Shown piece by piece: positions 40,608-49,277 of a DNA stretch of 64,000 bases. A program made the position numbers and the translations under genes. How positions within the stretch are numbered: position 1 is the stretch's first letter; each line of letters begins with the position of its first letter. Origin of the DNA: an uncultured Chloroflexia bacterium (lineage in GTDB: Bacteria > Chloroflexota > Dehalococcoidia > DSTF01 > JALHUB01); NCBI GenBank assembly GCA_963719465.1, contig OY970386.1, positions 857,451-921,450 on the forward strand, given 5' to 3'. Under the pieces are notes generated by a model that saw nothing but the letters and a program-made list of their open reading frames with translations, was not told where the DNA came from and did no database searches.

Positions 40608-41774
40608 TTAATCAGACCCGAGGCCTTCCTCAATTCTCTGAACCAACTCTCGCGCATAGAACGTTCGCCCGCGTTTCCCGGCGCTGATCTCTTCCACGAT
40701 TCCTGCCTCGGCGAGATTAACTAACGCTTTGGCTGCAGATGGATATGTAATCCCCAGCGCCGACATCGCGAGGGGCACCGTCAATACGGGCGATTGGAAC
40801 AGAATGTCGACGAGCCTGATCGTGGATCGGGAAGCCCTGGCGTCATAAAGCTGGCGCCGATATTCATCTTGAAGCCCCAGTATGCTGCGTGAGCGTCTTA
40901 TGGCATCCAACGATTGCTCGGCGACACCGCGCAAGAAGAAGCGCAGCCACGTCCCCCAGTCTCCGCGCTGGCTGACTGTCAGAAGACCTTCGTAATACTC
41001 GTTTCGATGGGATTCGAAGAACGCGCTGAGGTATAACAATGGCTGGCAAAGGTGCTCGCGGGCAACGAGGAATAGCGTCACCAACAATCTGCCGACGCGA
41101 CCGTTTCCGTCCAAGAACGGATGGATGACTTCGAACTGATAGTGCATCAGGGCACATTCGACTAGCGGCGGAAGGCGGGAAGGAGAATTGAGAAACTGCT
41201 CCCAATCGGTGAGCAACGTTGCCATGTCACTTGGCGGAGGCGGGACAAACGTAGCTTCGTTTAGCTTGCACCCGGGCGCCCCGATCCAGTTCTGACTCGT
41301 TCGGAATTCGCCGGGCGTATGATGCTCGCCTCGTACACCTCGGAGCAATTGCTCGTGCACTTCACGAACCAGTCGGGTGCTCAGGGGCAACTCCTTGAGA
41401 CGTCGCAAACCGTATTCCATGGCTCTGACGTAGTTGGATACTTCACGGACGTCAGGGGAACCCACCGTTTCCTTCCCTGCCTCGAATTGGAAGAGCTCGG
41501 AAAGGGAGGCCTGCGTTCCCTCGATCTTTGAGGAAAGGACGGCTTCACGTCGCGTGAAAGGAACAATCAGCAGGCGGGGATTCGGCAACGTCTCGCCCAT
41601 GCCGTTCAGGGTACCGAGAGCTCGGTCGGCTTCCGACAGGCTATTGACAGTTTCCTCCGCCAGGCTTAGAGAACGAGGCAATGGTCTTGGGATGAATGCC
41701 GAATAGCCCGTTGGCTGGCGACGAACGTCGCCTGTGGAGCTACTAGCGAAATCCTCTGCTCTCATCGTCTTCAC
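40608..41774 (-). CDS. Fic-family protein (AMPylase-type) with a C-terminal wHTH-like region
   Basis: Fic motif HPFLDGNGRVGRLL. Visibly lower GC than the flanks. Confidence 0.85.
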   Translation of the reverse strand: MKTMRAEDFASSSTGDVRRQPTGYSAFIPRPLPRSLSLAEETVNSLSEADRALGTLNGMGETLPNPRLLIVPFTRREAVLSSKIEGTQASLSELFQFEAGKETVGSPDVREVSNYVRAMEYGLRRLKELPLSTRLVREVHEQLLRGVRGEHHTPGEFRTSQNWIGAPGCKLNEATFVPPPPSDMATLLTDWEQFLNSPSRLPPLVECALMHYQFEVIHPFLDGNGRVGRLLVTLFLVAREHLCQPLLYLSAFFESHRNEYYEGLLTVSQRGDWGTWLRFFLRGVAEQSLDAIRRSRSILGLQDEYRRQLYDARASRSTIRLVDILFQSPVLTVPLAMSALGITYPSAAKALVNLAEAGIVEEISAGKRGRTFYARELVQRIEEGLGSD

Positions 41775-41929
41775 CCATCCGACTATAGGTGCAATTATAT
41801 TTCTTTAACCATTACTATAACAACATTGCGCCCAGGGGACAAGGAAAAGCCCCGCCGTACCTCATGGAGTGCTGGCGAAACAGGCTTCGCAACGGCGGCA
41901 AACAGGGCGATTTGGCCAGCGAGAAAAGC

Positions 41930-42664
41930 CTACTGGCCGTAGGAGAGGCGGTCGGCGAGGGAGGCCGGCAAGCCGGCGGCGTGGATCTCTTCCTGGGTGG
42001 CGCCGATGTCGTACTCGACGCGGTGGAGGGTGATGGCGCGGGCGTCGGAGTCGTAGAGGGCGTAGGCGGCGCGCGGGTCGCCGTCGCGGGGCTGGCCGAC
42101 GGCGCCGGGATTGATGATCATGCGGCTCTCCGGCAGATCGACGCAATCGCCGTCCTGCCAGGCGGACATCCAGACCTTGCCGTCGTTGCCTTCTTCAGCT
42201 AGAAACGGCAGGTGGGAGTGGCCGACGAGGCTGTACTTGGTCTCCATGAGCCGGAACTGCGCCTCCATCGCCGGCAGCGATAGCAGGTACTCCCACAACG
42301 GGGCGCGCAGGCTGCCGTGCACGAGGGTGAAATCGCCCTCGTAGGCGACTTCAGGCAGCATCTCCAGGTAGTGGCGCTGGTCGTAGGTCAGCTGCTTCGC
42401 CGTCCAGTCGACGGCGCGGGCGGCGGCTTGATTGAAGTCGACCGTTGGTATCCGGCCGACGGCGGCGAAGTCGTGGTTGCCGGCTATGGCAAGATGCGAG
42501 TACTCGCGTACGAGGTCGACGCAGGCGTTTGGGTCGGGGCCGTAGCCGACGATGTCGCCCGGACACCAGAGGCGGTCGATGGAGCCGTCTTCCTCGGCGT
42601 GGTGCAGGACGGCCTGGAAGGCGGCCAGGTTGGCGTGGATGTCGGCGGCGATGACGATGCGCAT
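41930..42664 (-). CDS. Metallophosphoesterase (YfcE/MJ0936-like)
   Basis: MRIVIAADIHAN, GDIVGYGPDP, GNHD, GHSH motifs. The listed ORF extends to 42757. Confidence 0.8.
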   Translation of the reverse strand: MRIVIAADIHANLAAFQAVLHHAEEDGSIDRLWCPGDIVGYGPDPNACVDLVREYSHLAIAGNHDFAAVGRIPTVDFNQAAARAVDWTAKQLTYDQRHYLEMLPEVAYEGDFTLVHGSLRAPLWEYLLSLPAMEAQFRLMETKYSLVGHSHLPFLAEEGNDGKVWMSAWQDGDCVDLPESRMIINPGAVGQPRDGDPRAAYALYDSDARAITLHRVEYDIGATQEEIHAAGLPASLADRLSYGQ

Positions 42665-42853
42665 GGTCAGTCGGTCGGGAACGTCGAATGGCCGGCGTAC
42701 GCCTTTATGATAGCAGAATCGGACGGGCGGGGCGTTTCGCGCGCTGCGTGCTTCCAAGAGTGCCAGCGCAAGTATAGCGATTTCGCCCGGCTGCGTTAAC
42801 TCTCTGCCTAATGACGCGTTGTTATTAGCATCATAGGAGATGGAGGGAGCGAC

Positions 42854-44251
42854 GTGAGACTACGTCTTCTTATCGCGGCCGCAGCGATCCTTGCGATTGT
42901 CCTGGTCGACGGACAGTCGAAGCCCAGAGAATCGGCGGCAGCGGGACGCGGCGAAATCGACGGGTCGGTCCTGAGCTCGGAGCCGGCCTCCGGTCGTTCA
43001 GCGCTTGCCGGCTGGCGGGTGCTGCTGGGGACGAACGAATGCAAGCTGGTGGCGACGGCGACGACGGACGCGAAGGGAAGATATCACTTCTCCAACCTCG
43101 ACGCCGGACCATACATCGTTGAAATCGCGAACGACCAGCCGTACGGGCAAGGCTGGGAGCTGCTTCAGCCTTCGGCGCGAACGGGCGTCTGCTACGGGTG
43201 GGGCGCAAGCGTCATCGAACTGGAAGCGGGCGGCAAGGTCACGGCCGAGGACATCATCGTGCAGCTGTTCGACGATCCACGGGGCTACTACGGTAGCGTG
43301 TTCGGAGACTCGAACGGGAACGGCCAGTGCGACGCGGACGAGGGGCCGTTCGTCACGACCATGCGACAGTATGAATCGGACACCAGCCTGGAATTCGCGA
43401 CCGACCTGGAGGGCGACTACCGCATGATAGAGAGCGAGACACCGATACCGGGAAACCCGGTCAAGCCGCCGCTCAGCCTCCAAACCTGTCCCGCGCACCC
43501 TGTCGAAGGGGACAACGCGAACGGCTATCGCATTACGGCGCCGGTGCCCGATTCGTGCGGCGAGTACGGCTGCGTCGCACAGGTCAGTCAGCAGGTCTTT
43601 CGTTGCGAGGACTCTGGTTTGTATCTGGTCGACCCGAACCCATCGTACTTCATCGGCGAAGTGTGGAAGAACGCGGCTCCCGTCAAGGCGGGAACACCGG
43701 TCACAGCCTGGATCGGCGATACGGATTGTGGCGAGGGCTACGTCTACAGTATCGGTTCAACTTCTCGCTACGAAGTCATCGTCCGCTCGGCAAGCACGAG
43801 GGCAGGCTGCGGAACGGAAGGCGCTGAGGTGCGCTTCACGCTCGGCGGCGAGAGCACACCGACTGTCGGCTACTGGCACGTGCGCACGATGCAGAACATC
43901 CAGCAGGTGGTGGACATCGTCATAGGACCACCGTTCGCCGTCTACGATGTCCAATTGCCGCCCGAGCCAGGGAACAAGACCCTCCAGGCGTACATCGGCG
44001 ACACACTTTGCGGCGAAGCGACCGCATCTGGAGGCGGAATGGTCCCCAACTTGCAGGGGAGGCTCGTCGTTCCGCCCGAAAGCCTCCGAGCGGGCTGCGG
44101 CAGGGATGGGGCGACCGTGCGCTTCGTGGTCGACGGCGTCATGTATTCGCCAACGCAGCCGTGGACGCCGGGGACGCATCGCGTTCAGTTAACGGCCGCG
44201 CCGACGGTCTCGCTGCCCAGCACCGGTTCGGGCGGCCTTCTTCCTCAATAG
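42854..44251 (+). CDS. Secreted protein with a CarboxypepD_reg/SdrD-B-like beta-sandwich that ends in LPSTGSGGLLPQ
   Basis: Signal peptide. TTDAKGRYHFSNLDAGPYIVEI. The C-terminal LPxTG-like motif has no TM helix after it. Confidence 0.65.
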   Translation: MRLRLLIAAAAILAIVLVDGQSKPRESAAAGRGEIDGSVLSSEPASGRSALAGWRVLLGTNECKLVATATTDAKGRYHFSNLDAGPYIVEIANDQPYGQGWELLQPSARTGVCYGWGASVIELEAGGKVTAEDIIVQLFDDPRGYYGSVFGDSNGNGQCDADEGPFVTTMRQYESDTSLEFATDLEGDYRMIESETPIPGNPVKPPLSLQTCPAHPVEGDNANGYRITAPVPDSCGEYGCVAQVSQQVFRCEDSGLYLVDPNPSYFIGEVWKNAAPVKAGTPVTAWIGDTDCGEGYVYSIGSTSRYEVIVRSASTRAGCGTEGAEVRFTLGGESTPTVGYWHVRTMQNIQQVVDIVIGPPFAVYDVQLPPEPGNKTLQAYIGDTLCGEATASGGGMVPNLQGRLVVPPESLRAGCGRDGATVRFVVDGVMYSPTQPWTPGTHRVQLTAAPTVSLPSTGSGGLLPQ

Positions 44252-44358
44252 ACGAAGCCTAACCACCGCGAAGAAACGTCCCGCTCCATCGCGTGCAGGC
44301 GGCGCCGGTTTGTGGCCAGCCGCCTCGAAGCTCGATCCGGCACGATCGGCCGCGCAGG

Positions 44359-44388
44359 TTGAGGGGGAGAGAAGGCGAACGGTATAAT
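44359..44388 (+). promoter_or_regulatory. Putative promoter giving a near-leaderless thiL transcript
   Basis: TTGAGG, 18-nt spacer, TATAAT ending 7 nt before GTG 44396. Confidence 0.3.
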
Positions 44389-44395
44389 CGAGGGC

Positions 44396-45430
44396 GTGAA
44401 AGTATCCGAATTGGGAGAGTTCGGCCTCATCGAGCGGATCAGGGAAGAGGTCGGCGCGCAGCAGAAGGCGTCGAAGGCGCTCGGCACGCGCTCCAGGCTG
44501 CTGATCGGCATCGGTGACGACGCGGCGCTCTGGCAGAGCACGGCTTCCGCCTACCTGGCGACGACGGACACGCTCGTGGCGGGGGTTCACTTTCCGCGCG
44601 AGGTCTCCGGCTGGGATGACCTTGGCTGGAAAGCGATGGCGGCCAATATCAGCGACATCGCGGCGATGGGCGGGACGCCGGAGTACGCGCTGGTGACGCT
44701 GGCGCTGCCGGAGGACTTTCTCGTGGAGGACGTGACAGCGCTTTACAAAGGGATGATCGCGGCGGGAGGTGAGTACGGCGTGGTGATCGCGGGGGGCGAC
44801 GTGGTGCGGGCTTCGGAGACGATGATAAGCGTGGCGCTGACGGGCCGGGCCAGCGAGGGCCAGCGCGGCGAGCCAGAGGCTCTGCGTCGGGACGCGGCGA
44901 AGGCCGGCGACCTTGTGGCGGTGTCGGGCTCGCTGGGGAACGCGGCAGGCGGACTGCGACTCATTCTCGAGAAGATTCCCTGCTCCCCGGAAGCGGCAGC
45001 GTACCTGCGGCGAGCGCAGCTCCGGCCGCGGCCCAACGTGGAGATGGGGCAGGCGCTGCTCAGGGCGGGCGTGCGCTGCGCGATTGACGTGAGCGACGGG
45101 CTGGCGCAGGACCTGCGGCACGTCTGCGAGGCGTCGGCGGTCGGAGCGGTGGTCCGGCTGAAGGACATTCCGATCAGCGAGCACCTGGCGCGCACTTTCC
45201 CGGGCGAAGCGCTGTCGATGGCGGTGAGCGGCGGCGAGGACTACGAGCTTCTCTTCACCGGCCCGGCGGCGATCGTCGACCGGGTGCGGAGCCGATTCGC
45301 CACGCCGATTACCGTTATCGGGTCGCTCGTGGAGGACGAGGAGCACCGGGTGCGTTTCGTCGACGAAGGCGGGCAGGAGGTGAGCTTCGCGAGCGGCGGC
45401 TGGGACCACTTCGCCGGCGGGCCAGCTTGA
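44396..45430 (+). CDS. thiL: Thiamine-monophosphate kinase
   Basis: GEFGLIERI...GIGDDAAL...DTLVAGVHF...NISDIAAMGG. Confidence 0.9.
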   Translation: MKVSELGEFGLIERIREEVGAQQKASKALGTRSRLLIGIGDDAALWQSTASAYLATTDTLVAGVHFPREVSGWDDLGWKAMAANISDIAAMGGTPEYALVTLALPEDFLVEDVTALYKGMIAAGGEYGVVIAGGDVVRASETMISVALTGRASEGQRGEPEALRRDAAKAGDLVAVSGSLGNAAGGLRLILEKIPCSPEAAAYLRRAQLRPRPNVEMGQALLRAGVRCAIDVSDGLAQDLRHVCEASAVGAVVRLKDIPISEHLARTFPGEALSMAVSGGEDYELLFTGPAAIVDRVRSRFATPITVIGSLVEDEEHRVRFVDEGGQEVSFASGGWDHFAGGPA

Positions 45431-45431
45431 G

Positions 45432-45917
45432 ATGGCGTCACTCACGTTTCGAAGCGACAGCCCCTCGGCGACACGCGGCATCGGCAGGCGGCTGGCGCGC
45501 CTGTTGCGGCCCGGCGACGTTGTTTTGCTCCAGGGGGAGCTCGGCGCCGGCAAGACGTGCCTGGCGCAGGGCATCGGCGAGGGCCTGGGCGTCGGGCAGG
45601 CGGTGAAGAGCTCGGCTTTCGTCCTGCTGAACGAGTATGACGGGCGGCTGCGGCTGTATCTGGCCGACCTGTATCGTCTGGAGGCGTCGGAAGAGGTGGC
45701 GGAGCTGGCGCTGGAGGAGAACGCCGTTGAAGGAGTGTTGGTCGTCGAGTGGCCGGACCGCGCCTGGTCGGAGATGCCGACCGAGCGGCTGCTGGTGCGG
45801 CTGCGCTGGCTGGACGCGCGCTCGCGGGAGCTGACGCTGGAGCCGAGCGGAGCCCGCTACGTGGAGCTGGCGGAGGAGCTGGCGACGGCGCTGGCAAAGC
45901 GTCGGAGGCGCGGCTGA
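45432..45917 (+). CDS. tsaE: tRNA t6A37 biosynthesis ATPase TsaE
   Basis: GELGAGKTCLAQGI...SSAFVLLNEY...LYLADLYRL. Confidence 0.85.
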   Translation: MASLTFRSDSPSATRGIGRRLARLLRPGDVVLLQGELGAGKTCLAQGIGEGLGVGQAVKSSAFVLLNEYDGRLRLYLADLYRLEASEEVAELALEENAVEGVLVVEWPDRAWSEMPTERLLVRLRWLDARSRELTLEPSGARYVELAEELATALAKRRRRG

Positions 45918-45918
45918 G

Positions 45919-46590
45919 GTGGAGCTTTCTATCGACACAGCGAGCGATTGGGCGAGCATCGCGGTCAGCGGCGAGGGACGGCTGCGTGGCGAGATGACCT
46001 GGCGGTCGGAGCGACAGCATTCCGTGCAGCTGCTGCCCGCAGTGCGGGACCTTATGGCGCGATTGGGCGTGGAAACCGGCGATCTGAAGGCGATCTTCGT
46101 GTGCAGCGGGCCGGGCGGCTACGCGGGCCTGCGGGTCGGGATGAGCAGCGCGAAGGGGCTGGCGTTTGCGCTCGGACTGCCGATCGTCGGCGTGGGACGG
46201 TTGGAGTCGGAGGCGTACCAGCACGCGGACTGCGGCCGGCCGGTGTGCGCGGCGCATCGGGCGGGTCGCGGCGAGGTGGCGTGGGCGGTGTACGAAGGGC
46301 CGCGGGAACGGTGGCGCGAGCTTCTGCCAGCGCGGCTCTCGTCGCCGGAGGAGCTGTTGCGTGTGGCGCGAGACGACTGGCTTTTCTGCGGCGAGGAGGA
46401 GGACGAGATTGGCGGGATGCTGGCGGCGGCCGGCGCGTCGGCGCGCGTGACGCCGGTGCGGCGTCGAGCGGGCTTCCTGGCGGAGCTCGGCTGGCGGCGG
46501 CTGGCGGCGGGTCGCGTCGACGATGCGCGGACGCTGGCGCCGCTGTACCTGCGGGAGCCGGCAATCGGCCCGCAGAAGCGGGTTTCGTAG
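45919..46590 (+). CDS. tsaB: tRNA t6A37 biosynthesis protein TsaB
   Basis: LSIDTAS...GPGGYAGLRVGMSSAKGLA. GTG start 1 nt after the tsaE stop. Confidence 0.85.
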   Translation: MELSIDTASDWASIAVSGEGRLRGEMTWRSERQHSVQLLPAVRDLMARLGVETGDLKAIFVCSGPGGYAGLRVGMSSAKGLAFALGLPIVGVGRLESEAYQHADCGRPVCAAHRAGRGEVAWAVYEGPRERWRELLPARLSSPEELLRVARDDWLFCGEEEDEIGGMLAAAGASARVTPVRRRAGFLAELGWRRLAAGRVDDARTLAPLYLREPAIGPQKRVS

Positions 46591-46627
46591 GATCAGGGCA
46601 TGGACAATTCGAGCTAGGAGCGAGAAC

Positions 46628-47083
46628 ATGGCTGAACGAACGCTGATACTCGTCAAACCCGATGCGATGCAGCGGGGGCTGGCCGGCGAGGTGCTGAGCC
46701 GCTTCGAGCGACGGGGCTTGAAGCTGGTGGCGCTGCGAATGCTGCAGATGGACCGCACGCTGGCGGCCAAGCACTACGCCGAGCACATCGGCAAGGCGTT
46801 CTACAAACCGCTGGTCAGCTTCATCACGTCGGGGCCGATAATCGCGGCGCTGTTCGAGGCGGAGAACGCCGTCGAGCTGGCGCGGCAGACGATTGGCGCG
46901 ACAGACCCGGCGAAATCGGCGCCGGGGAGCATTCGCGGCGACCTGGGAATCGACATGGGGCGGAACGTCGTTCATGGGTCGGATTCGCCCGATTCGGCGG
47001 TGCGGGAAGCGGCGTTGTTCTTCGAGGAGAAGGACGTAGTAGAATGGCAGCGCAGCGTCGAGGGGTGGATCGTCGAGCGGTAG
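46628..47083 (+). CDS. ndk: Nucleoside-diphosphate kinase
   Basis: ERTLILVKPDA...GRNVVHGSDS (active-site His). Confidence 0.95.
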   Translation: MAERTLILVKPDAMQRGLAGEVLSRFERRGLKLVALRMLQMDRTLAAKHYAEHIGKAFYKPLVSFITSGPIIAALFEAENAVELARQTIGATDPAKSAPGSIRGDLGIDMGRNVVHGSDSPDSAVREAALFFEEKDVVEWQRSVEGWIVER

Positions 47084-47141
47084 CTTCTAGCGGCGCGGAC
47101 GGGACCCACGGTTCACGCCGCCTTGTGTTCTCGGGATCGCG

Positions 47142-47171
47142 TTGACAAGCTAGCAGCGCGCGCCCTAGTTT
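47142..47171 (+). promoter_or_regulatory. Putative promoter of lipoprotein copy 1
   Basis: TTGACA, 18-nt spacer, TAGTTT. Confidence 0.4.
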
Positions 47172-47221
47172 GGTAGAAGAAGACAAAAGCGAGTTCAGGC
47201 GCGGTAGACAGGGGGTCCGAG

Positions 47222-47948
47222 ATGCGCTTGCTGCCGGTATTGATTTGCTTTCTGGCCGTGACGTTCGCGTCCTGTGGCGGAGGCGGGGGCGGCGCGACGG
47301 CAACACCCGGCGCGACCGGCACCGTTTCGCCAGAGGCGCACGAGACGGCGGAAGCGTCTATTCCCGACCCGTTCGCAAGCTTGAGCAGCTATGACTACGA
47401 CATCAAAGTGCTTGCCGACGGACAGCTCCAGGTGGAGATCCAGGGCGCGATCCAGGGATCGGACCGGATTGAGGCGAACTTCATTGTCAGCGGCTCGACC
47501 ACGCCGATCGAATCGGTGATCATCATTGGCAGCCAGGCCTGGGTAAACGACAGCTCCACCGACAATCAGTGGGCTATGACCGACCTCGGGACGGCGGAGA
47601 ACGTTCTGGCGGGGGCGCCTCCGAAGGACGTTCTGGAACCTTTTGCCGGTCGACAAGTTGCTCAGCGGGGCGAGCGATCTGGGTGAGGAGAACGTAAACG
47701 GCGTAGCGTCGCATCATTTCCAGGTCAGCAGCCTGAGCTCAGACGCGCAGAGCACGCTGTCGACGTTCCTTGGGGTGACGGTCACCTCGTCGGGCACGAT
47801 CGACATCTGGCGCGCGGACAACGGGAACTGGCCGGTGAAGGCAAAGATCACGGGGCAGTTCCAGAACGGCGAGTCAACGTCCACGGCTGAGGTCGATTGG
47901 GACGTCACCAATGTCGACAACGCGACGGTGCAGGCGCCGCCGCAATAG
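47222..47948 (+). pseudogene. Lipoprotein, copy 1, apparent 1-nt insertion at 47627-47633
   Basis: Lipobox LAVTFASCGG. The frame is lost after ...PPKDV. The +1 frame reads WNLLPVDKLLSGASDLGEENVNG..., matching copy 2 (KDIWQLLPVDQLVGGANDLGEENVNG). Confidence 0.85.
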
Positions 47949-48001
47949 ATTCGGGCCCCGCCACACACGCGACCTGCGTCGGCTTATGTTGCGAGTAACG
48001 T

Positions 48002-48030
48002 TTGACAAGCTGCAGCGCACGCCCTAGTTT
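48002..48030 (+). promoter_or_regulatory. Putative promoter of lipoprotein copy 2
   Basis: TTGACA, 17-nt spacer, TAGTTT. Confidence 0.4.
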
Positions 48031-48078
48031 GGTAGAAGAAGATGAAAGTGACCAGGCGCGGTAGACAGGAGGTCTGAG

Positions 48079-48804
48079 ATGCGCTTGTTGCCGGTATTGA
48101 TTTGCTTTCTGGCCGTGACGTTCGCGTCCTGTGGCGGAGGCGGGGGCGGCGCGACGGCAACGCCCGGCGCGACGGGAACCGTTTCGCCAGAGGCGCAGGA
48201 GACGGCAGAAGCGTCCGTTCCCGACCCGTTCGCAAGCTTGAGCAGCTACGACTACGACTTCAAGGTGCTTGCCGACGGAGAGCTCCAGGTGGAGATCCAG
48301 GGCGCGATCCAGGGATCGGACCGGATTGAGGCGAATTTCATTGTCAGCGGCTCGACCACGCCTATCGAATCGGTCATCATAATCGGCAGTCAGGCCTGGA
48401 TGAACGACAGCTCGACCGACGACCAGTGGGCCATGACGGACGTGGGCACGGCGGGGAGTGTTCTGGCGGGGGCGCACCCGAAGGACATCTGGCAGTTGCT
48501 GCCGGTCGACCAACTGGTCGGCGGGGCGAACGATCTGGGCGAGGAGAACGTAAACGGCGTAGCGTCGCATCACTTCCAGGTCAGCAGCCTGAGCTCAGAC
48601 GCGCAGAGCACGCTGTCGACGTTCCTTGGGGTGACGGTCACCTCGTCGGGCACAATCGACATCTGGCGCGCCGACAACGGCAACTGGCCAGCTAAGGCCA
48701 AGATCACCGCGCAGTTCCAGAACGGCGAGTCGACCTCTACGGCTGAGGCCGATTGGGACGTGACCAATGTCGGCAGCGCGACGGTGCAGGCGCCGCCGCA
48801 ATAG
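48079..48804 (+). CDS. Lipoprotein, copy 2 (intact, 241 aa), function unknown
   Basis: Signal peptide with lipobox FASC. Full-length paralogue of 47222..47948. Confidence 0.8.
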   Translation: MRLLPVLICFLAVTFASCGGGGGGATATPGATGTVSPEAQETAEASVPDPFASLSSYDYDFKVLADGELQVEIQGAIQGSDRIEANFIVSGSTTPIESVIIIGSQAWMNDSSTDDQWAMTDVGTAGSVLAGAHPKDIWQLLPVDQLVGGANDLGEENVNGVASHHFQVSSLSSDAQSTLSTFLGVTVTSSGTIDIWRADNGNWPAKAKITAQFQNGESTSTAEADWDVTNVGSATVQAPPQ

Positions 48805-48811
48805 CTCCGAG

Positions 48812-48838
48812 CCGAGACTGGAGAGTTTCGCCTACGTT
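48812..48838 (+). repeat. Degenerate REP-like hairpin + CTAC element
   Basis: CCGAGACTGGAGAGTTTCGC CTACGTT. Confidence 0.4.
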
Positions 48839-48858
48839 CACAGAATGAGGGGCGACGC

Positions 48859-49203
48859 TTACTGGAAGCGGACGATGGAGACGCCGCGGCTCCAGAGGCC
48901 TTCGAGGTTGTAATAGGAGCGCATTTCGGCGTCGAACAGGTGGACGACAACGTCGCCGAGGTCGAGCAGCACCCAGCCGGACTCCGCTTCACCCTCGCGT
49001 CGGATGCCGTCGACGCCGCGGGCGCTGAGGTCGCCATCAAGTGTGTCGAGGAGGGCTTGCATCTGGCGGGGGTTCGTGGCGGAGGCGATCACGAAATAGT
49101 CGGCGAAATTCGCAACCTGGCCAATGTCGAGTAGTATAATGTCATTTGCCTGTTTGTCCGACAGGAGCTCAACGACTCGCTGAGCCAGCTCGTTTGCTTC
49201 CAG
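48859..49203 (-). CDS. rsfS: Ribosome silencing factor RsfS (iojap-like)
   Basis: ...ELLSDKQANDIILLDIGQVANFADYFVIASATNPRQ...GWVLLDLGDVVVHLF. The conserved N-terminus lies upstream of the first ATG. CTG 49203 is 7 nt after GGAGG. Confidence 0.75.
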   Translation of the reverse strand: MEANELAQRVVELLSDKQANDIILLDIGQVANFADYFVIASATNPRQMQALLDTLDGDLSARGVDGIRREGEAESGWVLLDLGDVVVHLFDAEMRSYYNLEGLWSRGVSIVRFQ

Positions 49204-49277
49204 GTTTTCACCTCCGCCGACAATTATAGCATGGGCTTCAGCGCCGTCGCAGGCGTTTTCTTTATCGGGTGGCTTTG

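Larger units (their letters stand above)
47142..48804 (+). repeat. Tandem duplication (2 x about 860 bp) of a promoter + lipoprotein gene cassette
   Basis: TTGACA at 47142 and 48002, ATG at 47222 and 48079. Roughly 90 percent nucleotide identity by eye throughout. Confidence 0.9.

Noticed and set aside
40401-41860. Mobile element (IS or integrative element) carrying fic.
   Set aside because: No transposase, integrase or inverted terminal repeats. Only a short AT-rich direct repeat, so it is reported as a compositional islet only.
41789-42202. 137-aa + strand ORF antisense to the metallophosphoesterase gene.
   Set aside because: It overlaps a gene with clear catalytic motifs, and its composition is Gly/Ala/Val-rich antisense-type.
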